From positions 1 through 32,783 of the forward strand of contig JBJOPW010000013.1 of NCBI GenBank assembly GCA_046050355.1: 32,783 bases of DNA, read 5' to 3'. Position numbers and translations under genes: made by a program. This DNA comes from Candidatus Parcubacteria bacterium (GTDB lineage Bacteria > Patescibacteriota > Minisyncoccia > Phycocordibacterales > UBA918). Shown here piece by piece: positions 1-9,482 of this stretch. Numbering within the stretch: position 1 is the first letter of the stretch; each line of letters opens with the position of its first letter. The notes below the pieces were generated by a model. The model searched no databases and was not told where the DNA came from. It saw only the letters and a list, made by a program, of their open reading frames with translations.

Positions 1-57
1 GACGAGGTGGTATTTGCAATCAAAGACGGTATGGCTGGTCTTGCGGTAGAGTTGCAT
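1..57 (-). CDS. tnpA: IS200/IS605-family Y1 transposase TnpA, N-terminal fragment (runs off the window edge)
   Basis: Manual translation from ATG at 57 gives MQLYRKTSHTVFDCKYHLV, matching the typical IS200 TnpA start (Y..SH.V..C.YH(L/I)V). A TGnTACACT -10 sits 7 nt upstream. Not in the ORF track. Confidence 0.9.
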   Translation of the reverse strand, partial: MQLYRKTSHTVFDCKYHLV

Positions 58-121
58 GGAGTGTAGTGTACCACCTTAAAAGAATCGCCTGAAGGCGAGG
101 GGTTTGCTCCCAAAGGTTGAT
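1..121 (-). mobile_element. IS200/IS605-family element, left end and start of tnpA
   Basis: Subterminal hairpin TCGCC-TTCA-GGCGA (85-98) preceded by CAAACCCC on the minus strand, directly upstream of tnpA. The boundary at 121 is inferred from IS608-type guide/target geometry. Confidence 0.8.
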
Positions 122-1167
122 ACAAATGGCATGAGTGCTTCTGCTTCACTAATCTCCGCAGCCACACTTCGTTCAAGATCTTGTATATGCACAGTAAAAC
201 TTTCTAGAGTAGTAGCTGTCGGTACTGTGGTGTATGATTGTCCGACAGCCTCCATCTGATCACGTAACTTACTGACAGCTTGAGCTGCTGATTGAGCATA
301 CGCTCCAGGCTTAGAAGATTCATCGGTGAGCGAAGTTGGGGTGAGGGTAGCTGCCTGGGTAACGAGCTTGTCACTTCTTTCTTTTAGCGCATCAATATTA
401 CTACAAATAGTGATATAGGTTTTAGCCAGCTCGCTTACAGATTTAATTTTATCTCGTAGAGGTATATACCTAGAGGTGTTCGTCTTAAAATCAAGTGTCT
501 CAAGCTGCGGTAAAAGTGAATCATGCGCCTCTGTAATCCACTGCTGGATGTGAGGTGGTAATACTACATTATGGGCCAGAGCCTCGAGGCTAGTCTGTAG
601 TGATTTACGTTCGGTTTGGTACATTACTTCGAGACTCGGTTTGGGTAGACTTTCAGAAGTGTCCTCGGATCGACGACTGATACGTGAATTAGCCTCATGC
701 ATGCGCTTGACGACTCGCCCGATACCCAAATCAAGATCAGAAGCCGGTGGTGGTACTGGCGGTCGAGGTCGATTGGTGTCTGCAGCTGATGGTGGTACCG
801 GTGGTATAAGTGCCCCATCACCATTTTGTGTTGTTCCGAACACCTGTTCTTTTAAGGTTTGGTAACGCTTATATATACGCTCTATATCAGCATCCGAATG
901 GGCTTCTTCAGCCCGCTTTAAGGCATTCGTAAGAATCGCGATTCGTCCTTGCAAAGAACGGCCTTGCTGTAACTGCGTTTTTTCGTCAGGTGAGGGTGTA
1001 TGTATTACTTCTTTAGCTTCATTGTACTTAAATGGTTCAATTTTTGCTAAACGGTCCCGAATCAGCGCATTCAAGTCACTAAGCCCATTTATTATTGATG
1101 CTGGAGTTAACTCCTCAGCCGTGTGAACTGGCGGTTTTGGTGATTGTGGAAATTCTGAGTGACGCAT
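76..1167 (-). pseudogene. Helical, Pro-rich hypothetical protein, probably truncated at the C-terminus by the IS200 insertion
   Basis: 363-aa ORF starting 5 bp after the VirD4-like gene. Its last residues (STFGSKPLAFRRFF*) are read from the IS left-end sequence. Confidence 0.6.
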
Positions 1168-1172
1168 AGTAA

Positions 1173-3938
1173 CTACAGTATACCAGCCAGCGGTGGGAGT
1201 GTGGGAGTTTCTTTAACATACCGTGCGGATATCTCCGCTTCAATCTCATGGCGTGGACGACCGTAATGCTTGGCGCTAAATTCCTTGAGGAGTTCAACCC
1301 GGGTAGGATCTGACGCCGGCGGTGGCATCGCCGCCAGACTAAATGGTTTGGTCGGAACCCCATTTGCGAGCATACGGACAAAGGCATGCCAATTTGGAAC
1401 ATTCATGAGGTCATTTGCTTCAAATGACGGCACAAACTGCTTTTCAAGGAACGTCGCATCTTCAGAACCGACGCGGAAGGAAGCAATGGAGCCAACGTTA
1501 CCAAACACCGCATCGCGGATATCTTCATCAAGTTGCGCAATAAATTGGTGTGCCATGGTGAGCGAGAGTTTGTACTTACGCGCTTCAGACAAAATAGAAG
1601 CGATTGATGGGGTTGAAACATTTTGGAACTCGTCGATATGGAGGAAAAAAGGCGCGAAGTCCATCGACACATTATCAACCCGTGAGAGTGCCGCCATCAG
1701 GAGCTTGCCCACAATAATCATACCAATAAGGTTGGCGTTGATTTCACCAAGCCGTCCCTTTGAGAGATTAACGAGGAGAATCTTCCGCTCGTCCATTACC
1801 TGCCTGAAGTTGAAGGCACTCTTTTGCTGACCGATAATTGGGCGCATGTAGTCATTCGCGGTAAAGACGTCAAACTTTGATACGATATAGGGCACGATAT
1901 TTTCAAGTGACGCCTCGCCACCTGCCTTGGTAGCAATCTCACGCCAGAACTGGACCACAACGGGATTTTTGGCTTTCTCTAGTTTCATCCGACGATACTT
2001 GGCGTCGGCCATCACACGACTGATATCCATAAGAGTGTTACCACTCTCGGGGTCTTCCATCACGAGCAAGGTAGCATTACGGAAATACTGTTCGAACATC
2101 GGACCCATACTCTCTGGATTCGCCCCGTAGAGTTTTTGAAATATCGAGAATAGTTCGTTCACCACAAACGTTTTTTGTTCAGGTTTATGCGCATCGTACT
2201 CGAGCATATTAAGCCCGATCGGATGGTCGAGATTTGATGGATCAAAATAAATCACATCTTGCTCCCGATGACGAGGGATGCACCCGAGGACATCTTGGAT
2301 ATCAGTTCCATGTGGATCTATCATACAGACGCCATGTCCAGCTTCGATGTCTTGGACAATGAGGTTCTTTAGGAAAACTGACTTACCTGTCCCCGTCTGA
2401 CCAATCACATAAAAATGACGCATACGGTCTTTCTCTGTCATGTAGATCTCCTTTTCAATATTACGATGACGATTGATACCAAGAAGGGTACCCTCAGTAG
2501 GCATGTCGGTTGGCGCTGCAGCAGTAGCAGCATGTGATTGCTTAAATTGTGGTGACGACGTGATACCATTGCCCGGAAAATGAATAATGGTGGCAAGTTC
2601 AGTCTCTGAGAGTGGCATCACTGTCTTTTGATTGAACTCACGAAATGAAAAAGCTTTTTCAGCAAGGCGGAGACTCGAACCGGTGCGATGCATGAAATTA
2701 AATTGATTACCCGTCAGGTGATTATATTGTCCGAAGGTGGCTTCAATCTCACGTAAAATTTCCTTAGCACGATGCTGGTCACGAGCTGAGACCGCTATCC
2801 GAATATTGGTTTCAAAGATTTCACCTTTTTGTTTTTCAGTAAAGAGTTCAAGGGCTTCTTGGTCTGGTTCAGGTGGGGTTTCATCTTTGGGTTTGGCAGT
2901 AGAAAAGAACAGTTCACCTACCCCCGCCATCATTTCACCGGTGAGGGTACTCCGGCGAATTGCTTCCCCTGGCTTCATTCCTTTTTTGACACGTTTGACT
3001 ATCTCTTCATAAGTGCTGCGGTAGGCATGTTTGGGATGTCGAAACAAAAACTGCACAGCTGCGCCACCTCCCTCGCGCTCGATTTTGGAAAAGGCATTAA
3101 GCAGTATCGCCAGTGGATCTGACGAAAACGATTCGTGGGTACGCAGTGGGTAGATAGGATGCCGCTTGAGGCCAAGTTCCGAAATAATACTATGTCCCCC
3201 ATCGACAAAAATGTTATAGTCATGGACTTGCTCGGTCAGAACTGCATGCGGGAACAATGACAACGTCTGTTTTTCAAACAGGGTCACAAATTGGGTTGGT
3301 ACCGCCGCATAAAACACGATATCGTCACTATTGTCTGCCACCGCTATCTCAAGGGCGACATGCTGAGCACTGTCTTTCACCGAGATAGTCCGAAGCCCTC
3401 GGAAGAGCTGCTCCATCATCCCGACAAGGTCAGCGAGCTGGTACTCACGGTCTTGACTATTCTTAAGCTCTGGCAAGGTCACCTCAAAGAGTGTCATATG
3501 GAGTATCTGCCAAGGTGGGACTCCTTCTTTGAGGTCTTGGGTCTGGTAACCACTTTTGATTTTTTCTATTAAGGAACGATGGACTTCATCAACAATAAAC
3601 GGATTATCAAGCTTCTCAAGGACGGATAAGGCGTTACGAATTCCCTTTTCTTCAGCGAGTACCAGTATATCCTCAACTGGTGTACGGGTCGTGGTGATGT
3701 GCTCGTGGAGGCTCGCCAATTCGTGACCATCTATGACATGTCCGCCCTCGAGGATAACCTTGGGGGTAAACATCCCGTATTCACGGAGTTCAGTCTTCGC
3801 TACGGCTTCAAAATCATTGTGGTCTGCTTCCGGCTGACGAGCGAGAAGCTCACGCTCACGCTGCGCGATCCGTTCACGCAAAAAAGCAATCTCTTCTTCA
3901 GGACTTGAAAATCTCTCTTGCGGAACACCCTCGCGCAT
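1173..3938 (-). CDS. VirD4/TraG/TrwB-like (HerA/FtsK superfamily) ATPase, CPR type IV secretion system DNA-binding domain type
   Basis: RMRHFYVIGQTGTGKS (Walker A), IDPHG, LHIDEFQN (Walker B), SEARKY, AHQFIAQL. Start placed at ATG 3938 (MREGVPQERF) rather than TTG 3992. Confidence 0.85.
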   Translation of the reverse strand: MREGVPQERFSSPEEEIAFLRERIAQRERELLARQPEADHNDFEAVAKTELREYGMFTPKVILEGGHVIDGHELASLHEHITTTRTPVEDILVLAEEKGIRNALSVLEKLDNPFIVDEVHRSLIEKIKSGYQTQDLKEGVPPWQILHMTLFEVTLPELKNSQDREYQLADLVGMMEQLFRGLRTISVKDSAQHVALEIAVADNSDDIVFYAAVPTQFVTLFEKQTLSLFPHAVLTEQVHDYNIFVDGGHSIISELGLKRHPIYPLRTHESFSSDPLAILLNAFSKIEREGGGAAVQFLFRHPKHAYRSTYEEIVKRVKKGMKPGEAIRRSTLTGEMMAGVGELFFSTAKPKDETPPEPDQEALELFTEKQKGEIFETNIRIAVSARDQHRAKEILREIEATFGQYNHLTGNQFNFMHRTGSSLRLAEKAFSFREFNQKTVMPLSETELATIIHFPGNGITSSPQFKQSHAATAAAPTDMPTEGTLLGINRHRNIEKEIYMTEKDRMRHFYVIGQTGTGKSVFLKNLIVQDIEAGHGVCMIDPHGTDIQDVLGCIPRHREQDVIYFDPSNLDHPIGLNMLEYDAHKPEQKTFVVNELFSIFQKLYGANPESMGPMFEQYFRNATLLVMEDPESGNTLMDISRVMADAKYRRMKLEKAKNPVVVQFWREIATKAGGEASLENIVPYIVSKFDVFTANDYMRPIIGQQKSAFNFRQVMDERKILLVNLSKGRLGEINANLIGMIIVGKLLMAALSRVDNVSMDFAPFFLHIDEFQNVSTPSIASILSEARKYKLSLTMAHQFIAQLDEDIRDAVFGNVGSIASFRVGSEDATFLEKQFVPSFEANDLMNVPNWHAFVRMLANGVPTKPFSLAAMPPPASDPTRVELLKEFSAKHYGRPRHEIEAEISARYVKETPTLPPLAGIL

Positions 3939-4035
3939 AGTACCTCTATCATACACTATGCATTCCGCGAAGACGGAGCTAGGACTCCCCAACTACAAAG
4001 ATGTTGGTTACTATCTGGCTGGGTAGTTTTATTAT

Positions 4036-5145
4036 TTAGGAATTTTTGAGCAATCGATAAAACCCAGTCGCTACCCCTCCGATCGTAACAAGGAATAAAA
4101 TAAACAAGAGCACCGGACCGATAAGTGGCACGAACAGCATCATTTGTACCGTCAATGCTCCTAGTGTAATAAGTAATGTATTGATTTCATGTGAGTTCTG
4201 GAAAGTTCGCGCAATGAGGGCTCCAAGGATAACATTCATGAGCGGCAACGCGAGTACTATAGTCATGAGGAAGATTGCCAGCAGTGAGAGACCAAGGAAG
4301 AGTCCAAGCACACTCACCATGAGAATCATAATTGCCACCGGTACAGCAACCAAGAGACCAAAACCGATAAATCCTTCACGCGCGATATTATCAGTAGCCT
4401 GACGGGCATACAGTGAGAGCGGACGCTTAGCCACCAGATACAGAGAGAGTGAGGCAAACAGTGATACCAAAAACGCCATAGCTGCACCCCGATACGGACT
4501 ACCTTCACCTTCCGGAGTGACAACATCATTTTTGGTAATAGTTCCCGTCACCTGCGCACCGGGGGCACGGTTTATATCTGACTGACTAGTATATACGACA
4601 TCACCGGAGACTACCGCCCGATCACCAAGTGTTAGACCAACCACCTTCATATCAAAATTAGTAACGGCTCCATCAATCCGAACACGTTCAGCCACGCCAA
4701 GGACATCACCTTTGACCACACCTTCAATCACTGCCTCACCGGCAACCAGGAGAATGTCACCATCAACGGTGGCAGTCGAAAGAATTGATACTCGTCCACC
4801 AACTACAAACACTGAACCAGCGACATGGTCAGCGATAGTGACATCTCCACCGATAATTCGAACATCTTCAGTCACGGTTGCGTTCACTCCGACAGTGCCA
4901 CCAAGTACAAGCACATCGTGCTCTACTGGCGCATTAATCGAGACAGTTCCGGCGGCTGCTACCACATCCCCAGCCACTGTTCCGGAGAGAGACACCGTAC
5001 TGCCAAGCGCATAAAAATTTCCATCAACCCGTTGGTCGTCAGCGATAGAGATAGCCTCGCCCGTTCGCACCACCGTTTCGGCACTGGCAGTTGGTACGTA
5101 AGAAGCGAATAAAGCAAAAATAACAAACACTGGGACAAATTTCAT
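4036..5145 (-). CDS. Secreted/membrane protein with polymer-forming cytoskeletal (bactofilin-like) beta-helix repeats and a C-terminal multi-TM domain
   Basis: Signal peptide (..TASA|E), repeated V.GDV..GG.V.I motifs, about five hydrophobic helices at the C-terminus. Confidence 0.75.
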   Translation of the reverse strand: MKFVPVFVIFALFASYVPTASAETVVRTGEAISIADDQRVDGNFYALGSTVSLSGTVAGDVVAAAGTVSINAPVEHDVLVLGGTVGVNATVTEDVRIIGGDVTIADHVAGSVFVVGGRVSILSTATVDGDILLVAGEAVIEGVVKGDVLGVAERVRIDGAVTNFDMKVVGLTLGDRAVVSGDVVYTSQSDINRAPGAQVTGTITKNDVVTPEGEGSPYRGAAMAFLVSLFASLSLYLVAKRPLSLYARQATDNIAREGFIGFGLLVAVPVAIMILMVSVLGLFLGLSLLAIFLMTIVLALPLMNVILGALIARTFQNSHEINTLLITLGALTVQMMLFVPLIGPVLLFILFLVTIGGVATGFYRLLKNS

Positions 5146-5187
5146 AGTAATCAAAAATATAACACAAAAATCACTATTTGGCCAGTA

Positions 5188-5370
5188 CTACCCGGCCGTC
5201 CCCGACACGTACGTTACCGGCGCTTGCATAATTGACACGAGGAGGAATGCTAGCACCACCAAGAATAACCCACCAAAAAAGAGAGCGAGGCGTGGTCGCG
5301 ATAATTCCAACTGGCCAGTATGCCAGTTGCGAACGTAGAGAAAAAAGAAAATAAACTGCCAAAAACTCAT
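5188..5370 (-). CDS. Small membrane protein (60 aa)
   Basis: ATG 2 bp after the upstream stop, two hydrophobic segments, fits the operon packing. Confidence 0.6.
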   Translation of the reverse strand: MSFWQFIFFFLYVRNWHTGQLELSRPRLALFFGGLFLVVLAFLLVSIMQAPVTYVSGTAG

Positions 5371-5372
5371 AC

Positions 5373-5675
5373 CTAAGATAGCTTCTTATATAGTGTACCA
5401 GTGAGCAATAGAATCGCGATGCCAAGCGCGAGGATAAGCACGGGGTGTCGCTCAAGCATATCAGCGGTGAGGAGGAGTTGCTCGATACCAAGAAATGTCA
5501 TAATGACACCTAGTGTGGCGAGGAGCGAAAAGAGTGTTGGGTAGCGTTTCGCGAACGTCATACGCGTCGGACTGATGAGAGTATCAATTTTCTTGGTTGC
5601 TCCAACCACTGTTCCATCAATCGAATCAAGGGTCGACGTTACGGTAGTTTCTAATGTTTGTCTAATTTTTTCCAT
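5373..5675 (-). CDS. Small two-TM membrane protein (100 aa)
   Basis: Two hydrophobic helices (RYPTLFSLLATLG..., ILALGIAILLLTGTLYKKL) and operon spacing. Confidence 0.75.
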   Translation of the reverse strand: MEKIRQTLETTVTSTLDSIDGTVVGATKKIDTLISPTRMTFAKRYPTLFSLLATLGVIMTFLGIEQLLLTADMLERHPVLILALGIAILLLTGTLYKKLS

Positions 5676-5684
5676 ACGGCACGA

Positions 5685-6704
5685 TCATTGATTTTCTGTG
5701 TTTGTAGTCTTGCCCTGAAAGAGTTCCTGACCACGCAGCCACATCTCATCCTCTCCCTGCCGGTGGAGCCAGTACCACCACTCAGCCCCCCAGAGATACT
5801 GGGTATCGTACCGGGTATGCCTCGCATACTCGAGAATGTCATTGAACTTCTCAAGATTCATCCGGGTGTACTGTACCGATAGTGGGACCTCAGTCACGGG
5901 CGCCACGAGCCACGGCTCAGCGGAAAGCTCAATGAGGAACGTTGGTTTTTTGCCATAGCGGAGCTCCATAATTCCTTCCTTAAGTCGATAAAACCACGGT
6001 GGCAACAAGGTGCGGAATTGCCCGAGTTCAGGATTCCAAAAATGAACATAGACACTCGTGCCAAACGCATCTCCGTGGCGGTAGGCGCCAGCCCAAGTAC
6101 CGAGATTCCCACTATCGGTGACGAGTATTGGTCTCGTGGGATCAAGCTCGCGTGCCAAGGCAATCTCGCTCGCCAAGAACGCTTCATCAAGTGGGCCACA
6201 GTGTTCAAACGCGAACAGGGCTAAAAATGGTTCGTTCTCAATCTGCCAATAGATAATCGCTGGACTATCTTTATATCGATTTATGACCGTAGTCATGTAC
6301 TGCAACTGTTCTGTTTGTTGCGTCTCAACAGTCTCGGTTTTTACCCAATCAGGGATGTGGCATTCGGGCCAACGAGGCAAACGCCGTCCCACAGCCAGCA
6401 CAATTGTTGCCCCTACTTCTTCTGCTTTTTTTACCTGATAATCAAGTTCACTAAAATTCCAACGGTCGTTCTGAGGCTCAATTATTGGCCAGTGTGCCGC
6501 CAGTCGTAAGCGACGAACACCCAAGTCATCAATAATGGCATCGTATGTCGCTTGCCAATCAAGTCCCAATTCACGAGCGTATGGCGTATTAAATGACATG
6601 CCATAGCCTATGGTGGTTGGTTCTGGCTTGTACGCCAAAATAATAACTCCAACCACGAGAAAACCTAAGAATACAAAAATGATACTGATGATTTTTTTGC
6701 GCAT
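5685..6704 (-). CDS. Membrane-anchored clan GH-A glycoside hydrolase (GH5/GH42-like, beta-galactosidase/cellulase-like)
   Basis: N-terminal TM anchor, W..IEP, WQIENEP (acid/base Glu), IELSAEPW (putative nucleophile), LWGAEWW. Confidence 0.8.
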   Translation of the reverse strand: MRKKIISIIFVFLGFLVVGVIILAYKPEPTTIGYGMSFNTPYARELGLDWQATYDAIIDDLGVRRLRLAAHWPIIEPQNDRWNFSELDYQVKKAEEVGATIVLAVGRRLPRWPECHIPDWVKTETVETQQTEQLQYMTTVINRYKDSPAIIYWQIENEPFLALFAFEHCGPLDEAFLASEIALARELDPTRPILVTDSGNLGTWAGAYRHGDAFGTSVYVHFWNPELGQFRTLLPPWFYRLKEGIMELRYGKKPTFLIELSAEPWLVAPVTEVPLSVQYTRMNLEKFNDILEYARHTRYDTQYLWGAEWWYWLHRQGEDEMWLRGQELFQGKTTNTENQ

Positions 6705-6707
6705 ACC

Positions 6708-7640
6708 CTACAAAAACAGTATGAAATATCCCACTACAATTAAACTGACATAGAGCACCCGTCGCATAACCTCATGTGGCCGTGGTTCATGTACTGCCGC
6801 ACTATCAGGAAGCCAAGCTGCAAAAAAGATGGTAATAAGGAGAATAAATACAAACTTTACGCCATCAAGCGCCTGCACCACCGCTACGTCTCCCCAGTCA
6901 GTGGCCTTAAGGATCAAAAAAGCAGAAATACCGGCCAGTATTTTTGTTACGATAACCAGTACTCCGGTGCGACTAGAAGTAACATGCGCTTGTTCTTTGA
7001 TTTTACGTAGATTCATAGGCACCAAGAGGAGCGACAATGCAAACAGCACAAAGGCTAATCGCGACCAGAAGAATCCATCATCAAAACTGGTCTCGAGAAA
7101 AAGTCCTTTCATGGTCACGTAGTGCAACGCGAAAAATAGCCCGCTATGAAAAACGTGGAGTGTCGCGTCCCAATCCGGTAACCCTTGGGCGACCATCATG
7201 GTACCAAGCGCCAGTACAATCACCCCCCACAAGAAATTGAGTGAGGTTGCAGAATCCAAAAATAACCACCCAAGACCAAATGACGCGAGTGCAGACACTG
7301 CTCCGATCACCGGCATAACATTAACCGCTTCCGCCTCCCGCAGGGCTGAATACATAGACACGAGCGCCATAAAAAACGTGTACGCCGCCAAAAAAGCCAA
7401 AGCGACTACTGTCAGTGATGGCAACTGCAAGTTAGATAAATGCGGAAAGCCAAGTTGTTGAAATCCTGGAACATAGCCAAGTGCAAATATGACTGCCCAA
7501 CCACCAGTCAGAATGCATGAGTAAAATGCATAGATAAAAGGTTTTGGCATCGCCGTTGCATCAGACACGATATATTTATCAAGAATTGCGACAATTGCAC
7601 TCAAGAACTGACCAAGGGTTGCGAGCAGTATCCACGCCAT
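6708..7640 (-). CDS. EamA/DMT-superfamily membrane transporter
   Basis: About ten TM helices in two repeats, N-terminal W...A......A...I.DKY motif. Confidence 0.75.
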   Translation of the reverse strand: MAWILLATLGQFLSAIVAILDKYIVSDATAMPKPFIYAFYSCILTGGWAVIFALGYVPGFQQLGFPHLSNLQLPSLTVVALAFLAAYTFFMALVSMYSALREAEAVNVMPVIGAVSALASFGLGWLFLDSATSLNFLWGVIVLALGTMMVAQGLPDWDATLHVFHSGLFFALHYVTMKGLFLETSFDDGFFWSRLAFVLFALSLLLVPMNLRKIKEQAHVTSSRTGVLVIVTKILAGISAFLILKATDWGDVAVVQALDGVKFVFILLITIFFAAWLPDSAAVHEPRPHEVMRRVLYVSLIVVGYFILFL

Positions 7641-7647
7641 TATGCTC

Positions 7648-8874
7648 TTATTCTAGCAGACCATTTTGTTCAATAATTTTCTTATACACGTAAGCAGACG
7701 GGCGCGGTGTTCGCTCGAGTGTCTCGTAATTGATGGCAATGAGGCCAAATCGCTTCTCAAAACCAAGCGCCCATTCGTAGTTATCAAAGAGTGACCAGTA
7801 GATATGGCCACGCACATCTACCCCAGATTGAATCGCTCGCCAGGTAGCTTCGATTTGTTTTTCGATATATTCAGCGCGGTCACTGTCATCATGATCAGCG
7901 AGTCCGGCTTCACAGAGAATAATCGGCTTTTTATATTGCTTCAGCATCATATAGGCTTCGTAGATTTTCTCGGGCGCAAAGTTCCAGTTCATATCAGTTT
8001 TCTTCCACTCACGCTTGTCACCAAACTTGGTATAGAAGTAGTAATTGAGACCAATGGTGTCATAGTGCCCGGCGGTGCGCTTCATAAAGATATGCGTCCA
8101 TGAGTAGTTAGCTATCCACGCCTTGATCTTGTTAAAAGGATTCCCGTTCGCTTCAAATACAATGACGTGATGCACAAAATTCACCTCAGCGTCTGGTTTT
8201 ACCTTTTTAATAGCCCGATACGCCGCATTGTGACTAAGCGCAAGATTCTTCATTACCCACCGCCACAAGAAAAAATTCTTTACATTTTTGGTGGCTCTGG
8301 CTTCGTGTTGCCGACCAGAATTGGTAATCGCCACCAGATCGGTCAAAGCAAAACGTTTAAATGGAGGCCACGATCCTCGCAGCCAGCCATTACTTCCGAA
8401 CACACTAGGCTCATTGATGGTCGAAAAATGCTGACAAAGGTCACCTAGTTCCTTGACCACAAAGGCGCAGTACCGCGCGAATATTTCAGGAGCGTCCTTG
8501 CGTTCAAAACCGCCCGATTCTGAGAACCATAACGGCAGTGTGAAGTGCCACAACGTAACAAACGGCGTAATCTTACGGGCATGGAGCGCTTTCAGTACAT
8601 CGCGATAGTGCAGAATTGCCTCTCGATTGAATTGGCCAGGTTCTGGTTCAATCCGTGCCCATTCCACCGAAAAGCGGTGGGCATTGTGCCCAAGCTCCTT
8701 AGCCAAATCAAAATCACTCTCGTAACGATGATAGTGATCACAGGCAATGCCACAGTGAGGGACCCGGCCTTCGCGCGCGGCTTTCGCCCAGTCGGTATTG
8801 TCGATACCGCCTTCGACTTGGTAGGAAGCTGAGGCTGCGCCCCAATAGAATCCGATAGGAAAATTTTTTTTCAT
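7648..8874 (-). CDS. Glycoside hydrolase family 1 (beta-glucosidase)
   Basis: FP.GFYWGAASASYQVEG, DHYHRY..D, RFSVEWARIEP, TLWHF, TINEP, GLNYY, WSLFDNYEW..G...RFGL. Confidence 0.95.
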   Translation of the reverse strand: MKKNFPIGFYWGAASASYQVEGGIDNTDWAKAAREGRVPHCGIACDHYHRYESDFDLAKELGHNAHRFSVEWARIEPEPGQFNREAILHYRDVLKALHARKITPFVTLWHFTLPLWFSESGGFERKDAPEIFARYCAFVVKELGDLCQHFSTINEPSVFGSNGWLRGSWPPFKRFALTDLVAITNSGRQHEARATKNVKNFFLWRWVMKNLALSHNAAYRAIKKVKPDAEVNFVHHVIVFEANGNPFNKIKAWIANYSWTHIFMKRTAGHYDTIGLNYYFYTKFGDKREWKKTDMNWNFAPEKIYEAYMMLKQYKKPIILCEAGLADHDDSDRAEYIEKQIEATWRAIQSGVDVRGHIYWSLFDNYEWALGFEKRFGLIAINYETLERTPRPSAYVYKKIIEQNGLLE

Positions 8875-8884
8875 AACAGAGAAA

Positions 8885-9475
8885 TTATAGCAGAGAGAAA
8901 ATCATGAGCATGACTGCTAGTATAAATAATGAATATTCAGTGACAGATATCCAGTTTACCGTACAGTATATGTCTGTGACCCAGTTCTCATTCCCTTCTT
9001 CTCTAATCCGTACTTCAAGTTCAGCTGGTGTAAATGAATTGAAGACTTCTTTCTGTGCTATTTGTTTTGAACCAAAAATATGATGTGGTTCAATTTTGTA
9101 ACGGTTGTAACTAAATGGATAGCAAAGTGCCACTCCCCAACCTGTCCCATAGAGATCATTAAGGAGATGGAGACAAAGCGCAATGAGCCACAATAGCCCC
9201 CAGTAGCCAAAACTGTACCAAGCGAGTAAGCATAGTGGGATAGAAATAATCGGATAGTGGAGGAAGGTACGATGATCACGCATGTGCTCAGCACTGGAGG
9301 CCACCTTACCGCGCAGAAGCAACTCTGGTATCGCATCGATATCAGGCGACATGGCGAGCACGATACCAATGACAAAGTGCCACCATAGTGGATCAATACC
9401 CACAATAGCAGCTGCGAGTAAAACCGCAAAGATACCATTTGCCCAGTCCGCCAGGAGTGCCAGAATACTTTTCAT
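8885..9475 (-). CDS. Membrane metal-dependent hydrolase (YdjM-like)
   Basis: PDID, HRTFLH and HLLND motifs plus TM helices. Start at ATG 9475 (MKSILALL), 6 nt after TGtTATAAT. Confidence 0.75.
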   Translation of the reverse strand: MKSILALLADWANGIFAVLLAAAIVGIDPLWWHFVIGIVLAMSPDIDAIPELLLRGKVASSAEHMRDHRTFLHYPIISIPLCLLAWYSFGYWGLLWLIALCLHLLNDLYGTGWGVALCYPFSYNRYKIEPHHIFGSKQIAQKEVFNSFTPAELEVRIREEGNENWVTDIYCTVNWISVTEYSLFILAVMLMIFSLL

Positions 9476-9482
9476 ACAACAA

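Noticed and set aside
1270-1830. 186-aa plus-strand ORF
   Set aside because: Antisense to the ATPase core of the VirD4-like gene.
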